DNA of 64,000 nt from an uncultured Gemmatimonadales bacterium (GCA_963842945.1 CAWJIM010000001.1:96001-160000), one strand, 5' to 3'. Positions 21,874 to 37,361 are shown, counted from the stretch's first letter. Notes: a model not told the origin generated them from the sequence alone. Made by a program: numbers and translations.

Positions 21874-22974
21874 GCCGCCTTTCCCCCGAATCGCTTGAGA
21901 TACGCCTGGATGAACGGGTCGAGATCTCCATCCATGACCCGCTGCACGTCACCCACCTTTACCTCGGTCCGATGATCGTTCACCATCGTGTAGGGTTGGA
22001 ACACGTAGGAGCGAATCTGATTACCCCAGGAATTGTCGGTCTTGGTGGCTTCAACCACGGCGCGCGCGGCCTCCTGCTCCTCCAGCTTCTTCTGGTACAA
22101 GGCTGCCCGCAGCATCTTCATTGCGGTTGCCCGATTCTTGGTCTGGCTGCGCTCCTGCTGGCAGGAGACCACCGTATTCGTCGGAATGTGGGTGAGCCGT
22201 ACCGCGGACGAGGTCTTGTTGACGTGCTGGCCGCCGGCCCCGGAAGCTCGGAACACGTCCATCTTGATGTCCTCATCCCGCAGGTCGATCTCGATCGTAT
22301 CATCGGACACCGGATAGACGAAGACCGAAGCGAACGACGTGTGGCGCCTCGCCTGGGAGTCGTAGGGTGAGATCCGCACCAGACGATGCACCCCCTTCTC
22401 CGCCTTGAGATAGCCGTACGCGTACTGTCCCCGGATCTCGATCGAGACGGACTTGATGCCGGCCTCCTCGCCGGGAAGCAGGTCGAGAATGGCGACCTCG
22501 AAACCGTGGCGCTCGGCCCAGCGGACGTACATCCGCATGAGCATCTCGGCCCAGTCCTGCGATTCGGTTCCACCGGCGCCGGGATGTATGGTGAGCAGGG
22601 CATCCCGGGCATCCTCCGGGCCCTGCAACATGGCCTGGAGCTCGAACGCTTCCGCCGCCGTCTGCAGCTCGTCGGCTTCCCGTTCGAGCTCTGTCTGAAG
22701 TGATTGGTCGGGCTCAGCCTCGAGCAGCTCCGCCATCTCCAGAGCGCCTCGCAGCCTCTGATCCAGATTGTCGTAGGGGGTAAGCCAGTTCTTGAGGGTC
22801 TTGATTTCCTGAACCGACACTCTGGCCGACTCCGGGTCGGACCAGAAGCCGGGAAGAGCCTGCCGAGCTTCCAGGGAGCTCAGCCGCTCGGATTTGCCGG
22901 ACAAGTCAAAGAAAGTCTCGAAGTTCGGCAACGCGGCGTTGAAGATCGCTTAGACGATCGGCGAGCTCAGACAT
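21870..22974 (-). CDS. prfB: Peptide chain release factor 2 with programmed +1 frameshift
   Basis: ATG 22974, 22 codons to CTT TGA C, then +1 frame DLSGKSER; SPY and GGQ motifs. Confidence 0.96.
22905..22911 (-). promoter_or_regulatory. prfB +1 frameshift site CTTTGAC
   Basis: Canonical slippery heptamer in frame with upstream ATG. Confidence 0.93.
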
Positions 22975-23027
22975 GCAAATCTCTCCCTAGGGGGTATCGC
23001 TGAAATCTAATGGGAGGCAGCTCGTCC

Positions 23028-23872
23028 TTAGAAAATTTGCCGTCCCACCCGCCAGGATCTCGTTCAGCGCCTCCCGGAAATAGCCGGTGGAGTCGGCAAT
23101 CTCGCGCCCGACCTGTTCCGCGTACTCCTCCCAGCTCTTCTTGATCTCCTCCTCGAACAGTTCCTTGAGATTTCCGTCGCGCAGTCCCTCCTGCCGCTTG
23201 CCCGGATGGTAGACGACCATATCTGAGATCAGCGCCCGGGCCAGGCGCTTCGCCTTGAGTGCCGGGTCCTGGGAAAGAAATGGATTCTGCGGCCGGGCAC
23301 CGGACGGGGCCGGAGCCGGCGGCCGAGGCGGAGAAGCTGGAGTTGGAGCGGCGGACAGGTGTTGCCGGCTTGGGTGCTGCCGGACGGCGTCGCCGCTTGA
23401 GCCGGCGTGGCCGGACGAGGCGCAGAGGGAGTGGCTGGTGGGGGCGCCGACGCTGCCGGGTTCGAGGGCGGCTGCTCTGGTAGCTGGAGGCGCCGGCATC
23501 GGCCGTGCCGGGCGCGGTTCCCGAGGTGTGGACCGCAGGGCTGGTGGAAAATCCAGCGGCTGGAGCCGGCGGCTTCTGGGGGGCGGCCGGCCGGGGGGGA
23601 GACCCCGCAGGCCCAGCGGCTGCCGGTGCCGCCGGCCGGGGTGTGACGCTGGGCGGCGCAACCTTGGGTGATTCCGCGACGGGCGCAGGCTTGGGAACTG
23701 TCGCTGCAACCGGTTCCTTTGCTGGCGGCCGGGGCGGTTGCATCTCCTCGCCCTCCCGCTTAACGGCAAAGACAGCGCTGCAGACACTGCATCGCGCCCG
23801 TACGCCGCCCTCGGGGACCTTGGCCGGATCGACCCGGTAAATGGTGGCGCAGTTCGGGCAGGTGACGTTCAT
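23028..23872 (-). CDS. Zinc-ribbon (MJ0042-type) protein with Pro/Ala-rich linker and helical C-terminal domain (frameshifted)
   Basis: MNVTCPNC...RCSVC; linker; KAKRLARALISDMVVY...YFREALNEILAGG; end approximate. Confidence 0.8.
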
Positions 23873-23873
23873 C

Positions 23874-24867
23874 TCAAGCTCCTCTGGGCTTCTCGCGAGA
23901 AGCCGGGCCAGGACGTTCTTCTCCGTTTGCACCGTGTCGCCGATCGACCACGAAGACCGAGCCGGGCAGCGTCTTCGCGTAGCTCTTCATCTCGGTGGCA
24001 AGCTCGCTCACCTGCGCCGGATGGGCAAACCGGCGGTGCCGGTTGGTCACGATGCCGATCGACAGCGTCATCAGGGGGACCCGATGGAGCTGGCCTCGGC
24101 GATCTTTCCCGAAGAAGTAGCCCGCCCGGCGATCCTGATCGTTGTACTGCAGCGGCACCAGGGCGTCGAACACCTCGAGAATCTCGCTGCATACCGGGCT
24201 GATGTCCTCTGCCGGTATGATGAAGATGAAGTCGTCTCCCCCGATGTGACCGACGAAGCCTCGAGCGCCCAGCAGGCCCTTTACCACGTCGTGGAGGACC
24301 CGGGAGAGAATGTAGATGACACGATCGCCCTCATAGTAACTGTAGCGATCGTTGAATTCCTTGAAGTGATCCAGGTCGGCGTAGCAGACGGCGAACTCCT
24401 GATTGGATTCCAGCCGCCGGCGGATCTCCCGCTCGATCTCCGTGGTGCCCGGCAGGCGGGTCGACGGGTGGACCGAAACGTCCCGTTCAGTGCGCACCAG
24501 CATCGCATCCAGCCGCGACCGCTGCTCCGCCGGAGCAAAGATCCCGGTGATCACCTCGTCCACGCCCGAGGCAAACCAGGCTTGGACCCGTTCGGGATGA
24601 TGCGCGGCGGCCAGGGCGGTCACCGGAACGATGGCGGTAAAGGCGTCGCTCTTGAGCCGGCGCACCAGACCGAGGCCGGTAGCTGCCCGAGTGGTCCCCG
24701 TCCACGAAGAGGAGGCAGGGATGGCCGCGCAGGACGATCGACTCCACCTCATCCGGCTCGCTGAAGACCAGGAGCGGGAAGGAGTGCACCCCGGCCCACT
24801 GGCGTACCAGGGCCGGGACCGGACAACCGTCCGGCGAAAAGAAGAGTATCGTCGGGCGAGTCCGCAC
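23874..24867 (-). CDS. Receiver-like plus GGDEF domain protein (frameshift near 24690)
   Basis: LTRLPG-like STRLPG, YADLDHFKEFNDRY, GHIGGDDF, TLSIG. Confidence 0.85.
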
Positions 24868-24926
24868 CCACAGCCTCTCGTAAGAAGTTATGCCTGGCTA
24901 ACTTAGCGACGACGAGTTCAGCCAAG

Positions 24927-26050
24927 TCAAACCAGGAAAAATGCCGCCACGGCCAGCATCCCATACAGGGCGAGCAGCTGCACCCCTTCGAACCAGTTGG
25001 ATTCTCCATCCAGGGTAATGATGGCGGTCACGCCCGTGGCCATCCCCAGGGCCAGGATCTCGAACGGGGTGAACGCCAGGTTCATGTCCTGTCCCAGAAG
25101 CACGCCCGCAAAGACAAGTATCGGCGCAACCAGTAAGCGCGACCTGAGTGCTGGAGCCCAGGGCGATCTGCAGCGCGAGATCCATCTTGCCCTTTCGGGC
25201 AACCACAACAGCCGTAGCGTGTTCCGCCGCATTGCCGATGAGCGGGAACAATGATCAGGCCCAGAAAGGTCTCGGTCAGGCCGAGAGTCTTGGTCGCCTC
25301 GGTGGCCGCATGCACCAGGAGCTCGGACTCTATGGCGACGCCAACGGTCGCCCCGGCCAGGACCAGCGACCGCCTTCTTGAGGCTCCAGATCGGTCCCTC
25401 CGTCGGCGGCGATTCGGACCAGAAGAGACAGCGATGGGTCTTCAGGGTGAAGACCAGTGACAAGCCATAGGTGACGAGCAGGATCAGGGCGACCGCATTC
25501 GGAAATCCTGAGTTCGGAGAGCCGAGCGGCACTTCCCGGGTGAAGGGCATGAAACAGCGCCGGCAGCACCAGGGCAATGACCGCCAGCGAGAGCATACCC
25601 GCGCTCATTCCGGCATTCGCCCGGTTGAACCTGAGCTCGTTTCGGCGGAGCCCGCCTACCACCAATGAAAGACCCAGGATCAGAAGCAGGTTGCCCAGAA
25701 TGCTGCCGGTAATAGAGGCCTTGACCAGTCCCACCAGGCCGGCCTGTAGCGCGACGATCGAGATGATGAGCTCCGCCGCGTTTCCGAATGTGGCGTTGAG
25801 CAGTCCTCCTATGGTGGGTCCGCTGCGGTGTGCCAGATGCTCGGTTGCTTCCCCCATGTATCCCGCCAGGGGCAACACCCCTAGGCAGGCCGTGAGAATA
25901 CCGCCAGGGCCGGCGCGTGAAGACCACGCTCAGAACGATGCTCAGGGGAACGGCAAGCAGCAGCAGCGCTCGCCAGGGAACCGAACGCTGACCCGAGTCG
26001 GCTACCGCTTGACTCTGTCGAGGCGGTGCTGTCGGCCGGGAACGCCGCAT
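24927..26050 (-). CDS. Ca2+/H+ exchanger, CAX/ChaA family (several frameshifts)
   Basis: [46 protein letters not shown]. Confidence 0.88.
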
Positions 26051-26464
26051 GGCAGCTTGCGCCCGGTCGGCGGAGACGCCGGCCTCGGCCAAGGACCTTG
26101 ACCAGCGCTCCACGGGGCTCGTGCAGTGCCGCCAGCAGCAGGTGCTCCGCCGATAAGCACGCCCCCGGTTTCACGCGCCTCCTTTGAGCGCGACCTCGAT
26201 CAGCCGTTTGGCGTGCGAGGTGTAGGCCAACTGGTCGCCGGCCCGCGGTTGGAGCGGCGCCGCCCGCTGGCCTCCAGCCGCTGCTCCACCAGGCCAGGGG
26301 CCACCCCGAGCCGGCCGAACAGAGGCCGATGCCGTGCCGTCGCCTCGCAGCAGGCCCAGCACGATGTGCTCGGCGCCGATCGCATCATGCCCCAGACGGA
26401 CCGCTTCGGTCCGCGCGTTTTCCAGAGCACGCTGGGCATAAGCGCTCAGCGTGCGAGGATTCAT
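26051..26464 (-). CDS. Clp N-terminal (double repeat) domain; reads in frame into the Ca2+/H+ exchanger
   Basis: AQRALENARTEAVRLGHDAIGAEHIVLGLL, YTSHAKRLIE, AEHLLLAAL, LAEAGVS across frameshifts. Confidence 0.75.
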
Positions 26465-26484
26465 ACGGGGAGACGGCGGAGGAC

Positions 26485-26652
26485 TCAGAGCGGTTTGGCT
26501 TCGTCGATCAGCATGATGGGAATGCCATCCTCCACCGGATAAACCAGGCGGCAGGTGTGGCAGACCAGCGACTCGGGTGAGGTGCGATACTCGAGCTCTC
26601 CCTTGCATTGGGGACAGACGAGTATCTGCAGCAGCTCAGGAGCCAGAGTCAT
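26485..26652 (-). CDS. Trm112/YcaR family protein (55 aa)
   Basis: Hand translation [20 protein letters not shown]...[27 protein letters not shown]; below ORF track cutoff. Confidence 0.92.
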   Translation of the reverse strand: MTLAPELLQILVCPQCKGELEYRTSPESLVCHTCRLVYPVEDGIPIMLIDEAKPL

Positions 26653-27555
26653 GGGAACTCCTTGATGAGGAAGCGGCGGCAGGTCCGCCCGAGCTGGACT
26701 CGGGGAACCCGAAACGGCTGAGCGCGGCGGAGCTCTTCCGCCAGTTCGGCAAGCGCCTTGACCCAGCAGTCCAGATAGACCGGCGCTCCCAGCAACTCTT
26801 CCAGTCGAGCGCGCGCGTGGGCTCCAATGGCCTTGATCGTGGCGCCGGACCGGCCGATCACAATCCCCTTCTGCGACTCGCGCTCCACGAACAACGTGAC
26901 CCGAATGTATATGGGCCGTTCCGCTTCGCGAAACTCCTCCACCTCGGCCGTGAATGAATAGGGGACCTCATCTCCCAGCAGCTCGAAGGCCGCCTCCCGG
27001 AGGTACTCGACCACGAAGAACCGCACAGGCTGCGTCCCGATGTCGTCCGGATCGAACTCGAACTCGCGCGCCGGCAAATAGCCGCGGATCCGTTGCAGGA
27101 GTAGATCGATGCCATTCTCCATCGCTGGCGGATATCACCAGGGCCTGCTGTTCGAGCTCAGTCCGACGGCCGGGAGGGACCAGGTCTCCCTTGGTGTACA
27201 CGGTGAGGACTGGGAGCGGCCACGGGGCTGTCAGTCCTGCCAGCTGCTGGAAGGCTGGAGCAGGAGACTGAGGCGCGGGATGAAGATGCAGCACCAAGTC
27301 CATTTCTCTGGCTGTGGCCAGAGCGATCTCGCGCATCCGCTCCTGAAGCAGGTAGGAGGGATCGAGCAGGCCTGGCAGATCGTGGAAGATGTATTGGGTC
27401 TCACCTTCGGTCCGGATGCCGGTGACCGGAAGCCGGGTGGCCTGGGGCTTGGGGCTGACGATGGCAAGGTGCTCGCCGACAAGCGTGTTGAGCAGCGTGG
27501 ATTTGCCGACATTGGGCGCGCCGGCAAGGGCGATATGACCGGTCCTAGTGGGCAT
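26649..27555 (-). CDS. era: GTPase Era (frameshifts near 27120 and 26750)
   Basis: [45 protein letters not shown]. Confidence 0.92.
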
Positions 27556-27586
27556 CCCTCAACTTAGGGGTCTTCAGGCCCGTTGG

Positions 27587-28816
27587 TCATTGTCTCGGGC
27601 GATACGCGGCCAGCTCCTCGCCGGTACGTCGGAGGTCGGCGGTGACCCGATCCCAGTTAAAATAGGTTTCCACTGCCCTTCTCCCCTCCAGGCCTAATCG
27701 CTTCGCGAGCTCCTGGTTCTGCAGCAGGGATCGCACTACCTCGACGATGGCCGGCAGGTCGGTGGAATCCACCAGCAACCCGGTCTCTCCTTCCCGTACC
27801 GCATCCGGAATCCCTCCCTGGCGCGCCCCGACCACAGGAATTCCACACGCTGAGGCCTCAACCAGCGAGATGCCGAAGCCTTCCATGAGCAGCCCCTCCG
27901 CTCGGGACAGGCCAAGATAGATCTCGGCAGAGTTGTAGAGCGCAGGCAGGTCGTCGTCCGGCACACCGGTGAGGAATCGCACCAGGTGTCCAACACCCAG
28001 GTCACGGGCGAGCGTCTCCAGCTGGCCCTGCATGGGCCCGGATCCCACGATGGCGTACCGGAGATCGGGAAAGGCTTCGCGCAGCGCCGCCAGCACCCTG
28101 AGTCCGGCATCGATACCCTTGTGTCCCACCAGCCGAGCCACGGTGATGAGCCAGCGTCCGGGCTCGAGCCCGTAACGGGCGCGGACACTGCTGGTATCCA
28201 GTTCAGGTCGGAAGTGCGCCGGATCGGTCCCGAGGGGGATGCGGCGGACGTCGATTTTGTCCGGTTTGCATCCGAGTCCGTCCAACACCTCGAGGCACCG
28301 GCGACGGGTCCATTCACTGATGGCCATGAGCACCGCGGCGCGCCGGAAGATCCGCTCGGCTGCCGCGCGTTTGAGCAGGCCGCGGCGGATCCGCTGCTGC
28401 AGCAGGAGCAGTTCCGATCCATATAGCAGGATTCCGTAGGGAAGCTCCTCCCGGCGGTTCAGCCACAGCGCCGGAAATCCCGCAGGCTTGAGGTTCCCGC
28501 ACCAGACGAATCCCGGACGAAAGCTGCGGGCCAGCTGCCTGGCCCGACGGGACCAGAGCACCAGGCCCTGGACGGTGCGAAGTCGAGTGCTGCGGACGCC
28601 GAGGCGGTCCACCCGATTGGAAAGTCGAGCGTCTACCGCCGCACTTCCCTCGGAGCTGCCGGTGGAGATCAGCAGGCTCCCGGGGGGGTAGCGTTTGGCC
28701 AACTCCCCGGTGAGCCGGGCAATACCTCCGGCCATCGGCGGGAAATCATAGCTGAGGAGGAGCTGCCGATGCCTCGCGGTGTCGAGGTCGAGAGGCTGGT
28801 AGGCGTCGGTGCTCAT
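27587..28816 (-). CDS. Glycosyltransferase family 4
   Basis: DFPPMAGGI, VARLVGHKG, EGFGISLVEASACG. Confidence 0.9.
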   Translation of the reverse strand: MSTDAYQPLDLDTARHRQLLLSYDFPPMAGGIARLTGELAKRYPPGSLLISTGSSEGSAAVDARLSNRVDRLGVRSTRLRTVQGLVLWSRRARQLARSFRPGFVWCGNLKPAGFPALWLNRREELPYGILLYGSELLLLQQRIRRGLLKRAAAERIFRRAAVLMAISEWTRRRCLEVLDGLGCKPDKIDVRRIPLGTDPAHFRPELDTSSVRARYGLEPGRWLITVARLVGHKGIDAGLRVLAALREAFPDLRYAIVGSGPMQGQLETLARDLGVGHLVRFLTGVPDDDLPALYNSAEIYLGLSRAEGLLMEGFGISLVEASACGIPVVGARQGGIPDAVREGETGLLVDSTDLPAIVEVVRSLLQNQELAKRLGLEGRRAVETYFNWDRVTADLRRTGEELAAYRPRQ

Positions 28817-28880
28817 ATGAGGCGAATTGTAGATCGGATCACGATGAAGGGGAAATCCACCGGCGGGCGGCGCCGGGAGA

Positions 28881-28907
28881 AAGCCCTACCAGATCGTGGT
28901 AGGGCTT
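28881..28907 (-). terminator. Probable intrinsic terminator after OmpA-family gene
   Basis: 11-bp stem AAGCCCTACCA/TGGTAGGGCTT with 5-nt loop; short T-run on minus strand. Confidence 0.65.
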
Positions 28908-28923
28908 CACCTGGCAGCCGGTC

Positions 28924-30282
28924 TTACTCGATAACGATGTCGACTCGGCGGTTCTTCTCCCGATTTGCCCGGGTGTCATTCGGGGCAATCGGCTTGGTGC
29001 GCCCGAAACCCTGGGTGGATGGGATCCGGGCCGCGGGTATTCCCTGCGTCACCAGAAAGTCGCGCACCGATTCGGCGCGGGATTGGGAAAGTTTCTGGTT
29101 GTAGGTATCGGTCCCGATTGAGTCGGTATGGCCTTCGATCTCGAGCTTGTATTCACCGGGGAAGCCCAGGAGAACACCGCTCAGTTTGCTCAACTTCTCG
29201 CGGGCAGCCGGCTTCAGGGTAGCCCGATTCGTCTCGAAGTTCACTCCCGACAGGGCCGCGACCAGGCCCCGTGCTCCCTGCCGGGTCTCCATGATGGCGG
29301 AGATCGACGCATATAGACGGGCCTGAAGTTCGGCGGCCGTGCGCTCCGCTTTCGACCGGAGGTCGGCCTCTCGCTCAGCCTCGGCGCGAGCTTGCTCCGC
29401 AGACCGGGCCGCACTGTCGAGCGCGGCCTGTTGGGCGGCGGCCTCCTGCTGCCGCTCAAACTCGGCTCGCTGCCGCTCCGCCTCCTGCTGGGCGTCCTCG
29501 GCCCGGCGTCGCAGCCAGTTCGCGCGCCACATCGGCCCGACGGGCTGTCTCCCGGGCCAGCTCGGAGTACTTCTTCTGATCCTTGGGCTTCTTAACCCAG
29601 ATCAGCTCCAGTGAGTCCAGCAGGTTCAGCGCGGAGCTGAACTCCGGCCGGGCATACCTGGGGGCGTCCAGCGTGCGGGCAATGGCCACGGCATGGCGGG
29701 CCGCCATCACGGGCAATGGGGTCAGCGAGTCGGGTGTGGGCGCCGACCGATCAGACACGCCGGAGCGATAGAACTGCTCCGGTACCCGCTCATAGGTCAC
29801 CGTGGTGGACTGCAAGGGAGCATCCGGAGGCCTGGGGCAATGTCAGCTCAGCCACCACCAGGGACGAGGGGCGTCGCACCTGCCCATAAGGCTCGGCCGT
29901 CACGATGACGCCGAGGGTTCGCGCCGCGGAGGATCCGGTGACATTCTGCTTCTTCACCGGCACCTCGGCCAGGCTCTCGACCTCCTCATCCGCCCGCACC
30001 ACCCAGGCCACATACGTGGTGGCAAAGTCAGCTGACGCGCCGGGGATCCGGCAGCTGGTTCAGGGTCAGCTTGATGCTGGACCTTCCGCCGCGGTACTCG
30101 ATCTCGGCGCTGCCCTTTACCTGGGGAGCGGCGGGGGTACCCGTGACCGGCAGCTTGGTCTTTTTGCCGTCGGGAAGGCGAACGACCAGGGTCATTCCCG
30201 AATTGTGAGACAGGGGCGGTAGGACTTCAGGGCCGGCCCCAAAAGCCAGCAGTGCTACACCAATGCGTAATGGTCCCCACAT
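28924..30282 (-). CDS. OmpA-family peptidoglycan-binding protein with coiled-coil stalk (several frameshifts)
   Basis: Signal-like N-terminus, VTAEPY, Ala/Gln/Glu coil, VNFETNRATL, EGHTDSIG, LSQSRAESV, NRRVDI. Confidence 0.85.
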
Positions 30283-30456
30283 TGAGCCTCCAGAAACGTC
30301 AGAGTGATGGAGCAGGGGCGAAGGAGTCGGCAGCGTGAACCGGAGGGGTGCGAAGCGGTTAGCTGCGGCTGAGGGTAGCTTCGGAGGGTGTACCGCGGTT
30401 CTTAACCGGAGTCATGTAACGATTCCGGGCGGGTGACTAAGTTAGGGAGATTGGCC

Positions 30457-31942
30457 TCACTTCCCCTTATCAGCGAACGAGGCAATGGTCCACGGAGCGA
30501 AGCCGCCGCTGCCGTCGCGCACCCACACCGTCCCGCCTTTGGGGTATTTCTGGTTTAACGCGTTGCGGACCTCTTGTTCGTGGAAGTTGCCTTCTTGTAT
30601 CCGGGTTTCTGTAGCGCGGATCTCCATGTCAGCGAACGTTCCCAGCTCGTCCTCGCTGCGCTTCACGAGCTTTTCGATGCGTTTGGCGGGATCGTCTCTG
30701 AGCAGTTCGCGGCGCATCAGCTCACCGTGCATGTATTCGTGATCACGCGAAGCAGCAACCAGACGGGCAAAGGTGTCGGACGTTTCGCTTCGCTCTATTG
30801 ACCTCGAATAACACCGAGCCCTTCACCAGATCAGGATTGAACAGGGCTCGCCGCCTCACGATCAGGGCCTGCTTGGTCACATACCAGTATCCGTCGAACG
30901 GTCGTCCGGGATCATCGATCCCGGAGACGAGATAGCCCGCGCTCGCATCGTCTTTCCAACTCCCGGGATGGGTTGCGTGCAATCCGTGAGCTGCATCCTC
31001 GCCTTCGAACGCGCAGGCGTCCTGACCGAACTTGCTTTCCCGGACGACCAGTTTCTGTCCCTCCAGGACTCCGTCCTTCGGCTCCTGGATGAATGTTGTC
31101 TTCCATTGGCGCGGGACCACCTTGGCGGTCCCGGAGGTGGAAGCTTTCTTTTTTCCATCGCTCACTTCCAGATCAACGTGGACGTCCTCCAGCAACACCA
31201 GCTCCACCTTGCGTTCAGTGGTCTCGAAGGTCACGGAAGGCGCGCCGGGCGAGCCGATCGGGTTCAAGGTCCATTTGAGCGATTTGATGCGGCCCTTGGA
31301 CCGGGACGCGTCCAACGTTGCTTTGGTGCCCCGCTGGGCGGACCCAGCGGTCAGTACCGCCCGCAGCGGGATTTCATTGGGCGTGAGTGTCATCACGCTT
31401 TTCATGTAAACGTCGGTGTTTGCGCCGCTTTCTTGAGCGAAAATCAAACTGTCGGCCGCTTCGGGGACTTGGATTTCGGCACTTCCGTCCTGCGCCGGCT
31501 GCTGAAAAGTCATGGACTCAACCGTCTTGCCCATGATCTTCATCTTCATTTTGTGCTTGCTTGCATCGCTGTGGCTGGCGAGCTTCGCCACATTGCCGGT
31601 CAGGTCTAGGATCAACTTCAGGTCGGCCGTCTTGCCCCCTACCAGCGTTCCGCTGAACGGGCCCGCCTGGTCCTCATCGGAGTCTTTGCCTTTGATCTTC
31701 CCTTCCCAGATTTCGGTGGACCCCTCGACCCGATGCTTGTCGAGGACGAATTTTGTCGAGCCCGAGCGATGTTTGCGGGTGCCTGCCAGCGTGATGTCGA
31801 TATCATAGGTGTAAAGGCCCTGCCAACGTTCCACCCCTTGGAACTGGCTGGCAGTTCCTTGCGCGAGAGCGGAGGGCGAGAGCGCGAGGGTGCCCATCAA
31901 TGCCGCGACGGAGCGGCCCCAATGCGGTTCGAGGCGAGGCAT
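30457..31942 (-). CDS. Secreted hypothetical protein with PKD-like segment and C-terminal HExxH motif (frameshift near 30780)
   Basis: Signal peptide ending SALAQ; TLDASRSKGRIKSLKWT; second frame reads DTFARLVAASRDHEYMHGELM. Confidence 0.65.
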
Positions 31943-32125
31943 GCGCACGACGTCGACTCTCTTCAGACTCGGTGGGCGGCAAAGACGTGGCTGATCAGCT
32001 TCCAATATCCAGCCCAGTTCCGAGTCGGTCAACTTTCAGCGAAGTTCAGCCGCCTGTTCAGCTTGGATTCAGCATCGCCTGCTCGTCACTGAGTCCCCCG
32101 CGCGCACTGACGGCGGCTGGGGCCG

Positions 32126-32168
32126 GAAAATAAGAAGCCCGGGACCTCTAAACGAGGGCCCGGGCTTC
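32126..32168 (-). terminator. rrn operon intrinsic terminator
   Basis: GAAGCCCGGG...CCCGGGCTTC hairpin followed by TTATTTT on minus strand, just after 5S. Confidence 0.8.
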
Positions 32169-32176
32169 AAAGGAAA

Positions 32177-32294
32177 GGCTGGCGACGGCCTACTCTCCCA
32201 CCACCTCTCAGTGGCAGTACCATCGGCGCTACAGGGCTTAACTGCCGTGTTCGGAATGGGAACGGGTGTGGCCCCTGCGCGCTAGTCGTCAGCC
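32177..32294 (-). rRNA. rrf: 5S ribosomal RNA
   Basis: Plus strand carries reverse-complement conserved blocks CCTACTCTCCC, AGTACCATCGGCG, GTTCGGAATGGGAACGGGTG. Confidence 0.95.
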
Positions 32295-32301
32295 GATTTT
32301 T

Positions 32302-32367
32302 AGTCGCGAGTCGTCAGTCTCAGTCACGGGCTTTACGCTCGCGACTCGCGACTGTCGACTCGCGACT
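32302..32367. repeat. 7-nt tandem repeats forming an inverted-repeat hairpin in the 23S-5S spacer
   Basis: AGTCGCG AGTCGTC AGTCTC AGTCACG ... CGCGACT CGCGACT GTCGACT CGCGACT. Confidence 0.75.
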
Positions 32368-32410
32368 GACAAACGAGGAATGGATGGTATGTACTGATGT
32401 GAAGACGGAA

Positions 32411-35367
<2,957 letters not shown>

Positions 35368-35484
35368 AAATTCGTTCGTGTTGCGCCGCCCGACGCGAAT
35401 CAGGCTGCACAACCGGTGTTGATTCCTCACACCCTGTAGAATCGACCCGAAGGTCGGTCCTACATCACACCATCCATCCCTCAG

Positions 35485-35497
35485 TTGTCAAAGAGCA
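35485..35497 (-). promoter_or_regulatory. boxA antitermination site in 16S-23S spacer
   Basis: TGCTCTTTGACAA on minus strand; same core as leader copy. Confidence 0.8.
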
Positions 35498-35614
35498 AAT
35501 CGGCCCCCTCGAGGGCCGACACACTGAAAGTGATGCGAGCGAAAAGCGCGGAGTGCGGGCGACTTCTGAGAACTTTCGCACCCGACCAGAAGGTCGGGCC
35601 TACTCGATGTCTCC

Positions 35615-37145
<1,531 letters not shown>

Positions 37146-37279
37146 AGTTCGAACAGCTCTTCACGAACGACATGGTTTTATCGTCCGAATCACAAAATCA
37201 GAGTTAAACCCTCTCTGAACGGCCTCTGTGTCCGCCCAGATCGATGGGTCCGCACTCCATCACTTCTCGCTCACATCAC

Positions 37280-37291
37280 TTGTCAAAGAGC
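37280..37291 (-). promoter_or_regulatory. boxA in rrn leader
   Basis: GCTCTTTGACAA on minus strand. Confidence 0.8.
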
Positions 37292-37332
37292 TTTTGGGTC
37301 AACCGGCGTACCACTTTTGCCGGTAGCCCGCA

Positions 37333-37361
37333 ATGATAACTATCCGCAGGGGCTGAGTCAA
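37333..37361 (-). promoter_or_regulatory. sigma70-type rrn promoter
   Basis: TTGACT-N17-TATCAT with GC-rich discriminator TGCGGGC, upstream of boxA. Confidence 0.8.

Noticed and set aside
23300..23740. Low-complexity GC-rich stretch as a repeat element
   Set aside because: Explained by the Pro/Ala linker of the zinc-ribbon protein
32302..32367. CRISPR array interpretation of short repeats
   Set aside because: Units are 7-8 nt with no spacers, and no cas genes are present
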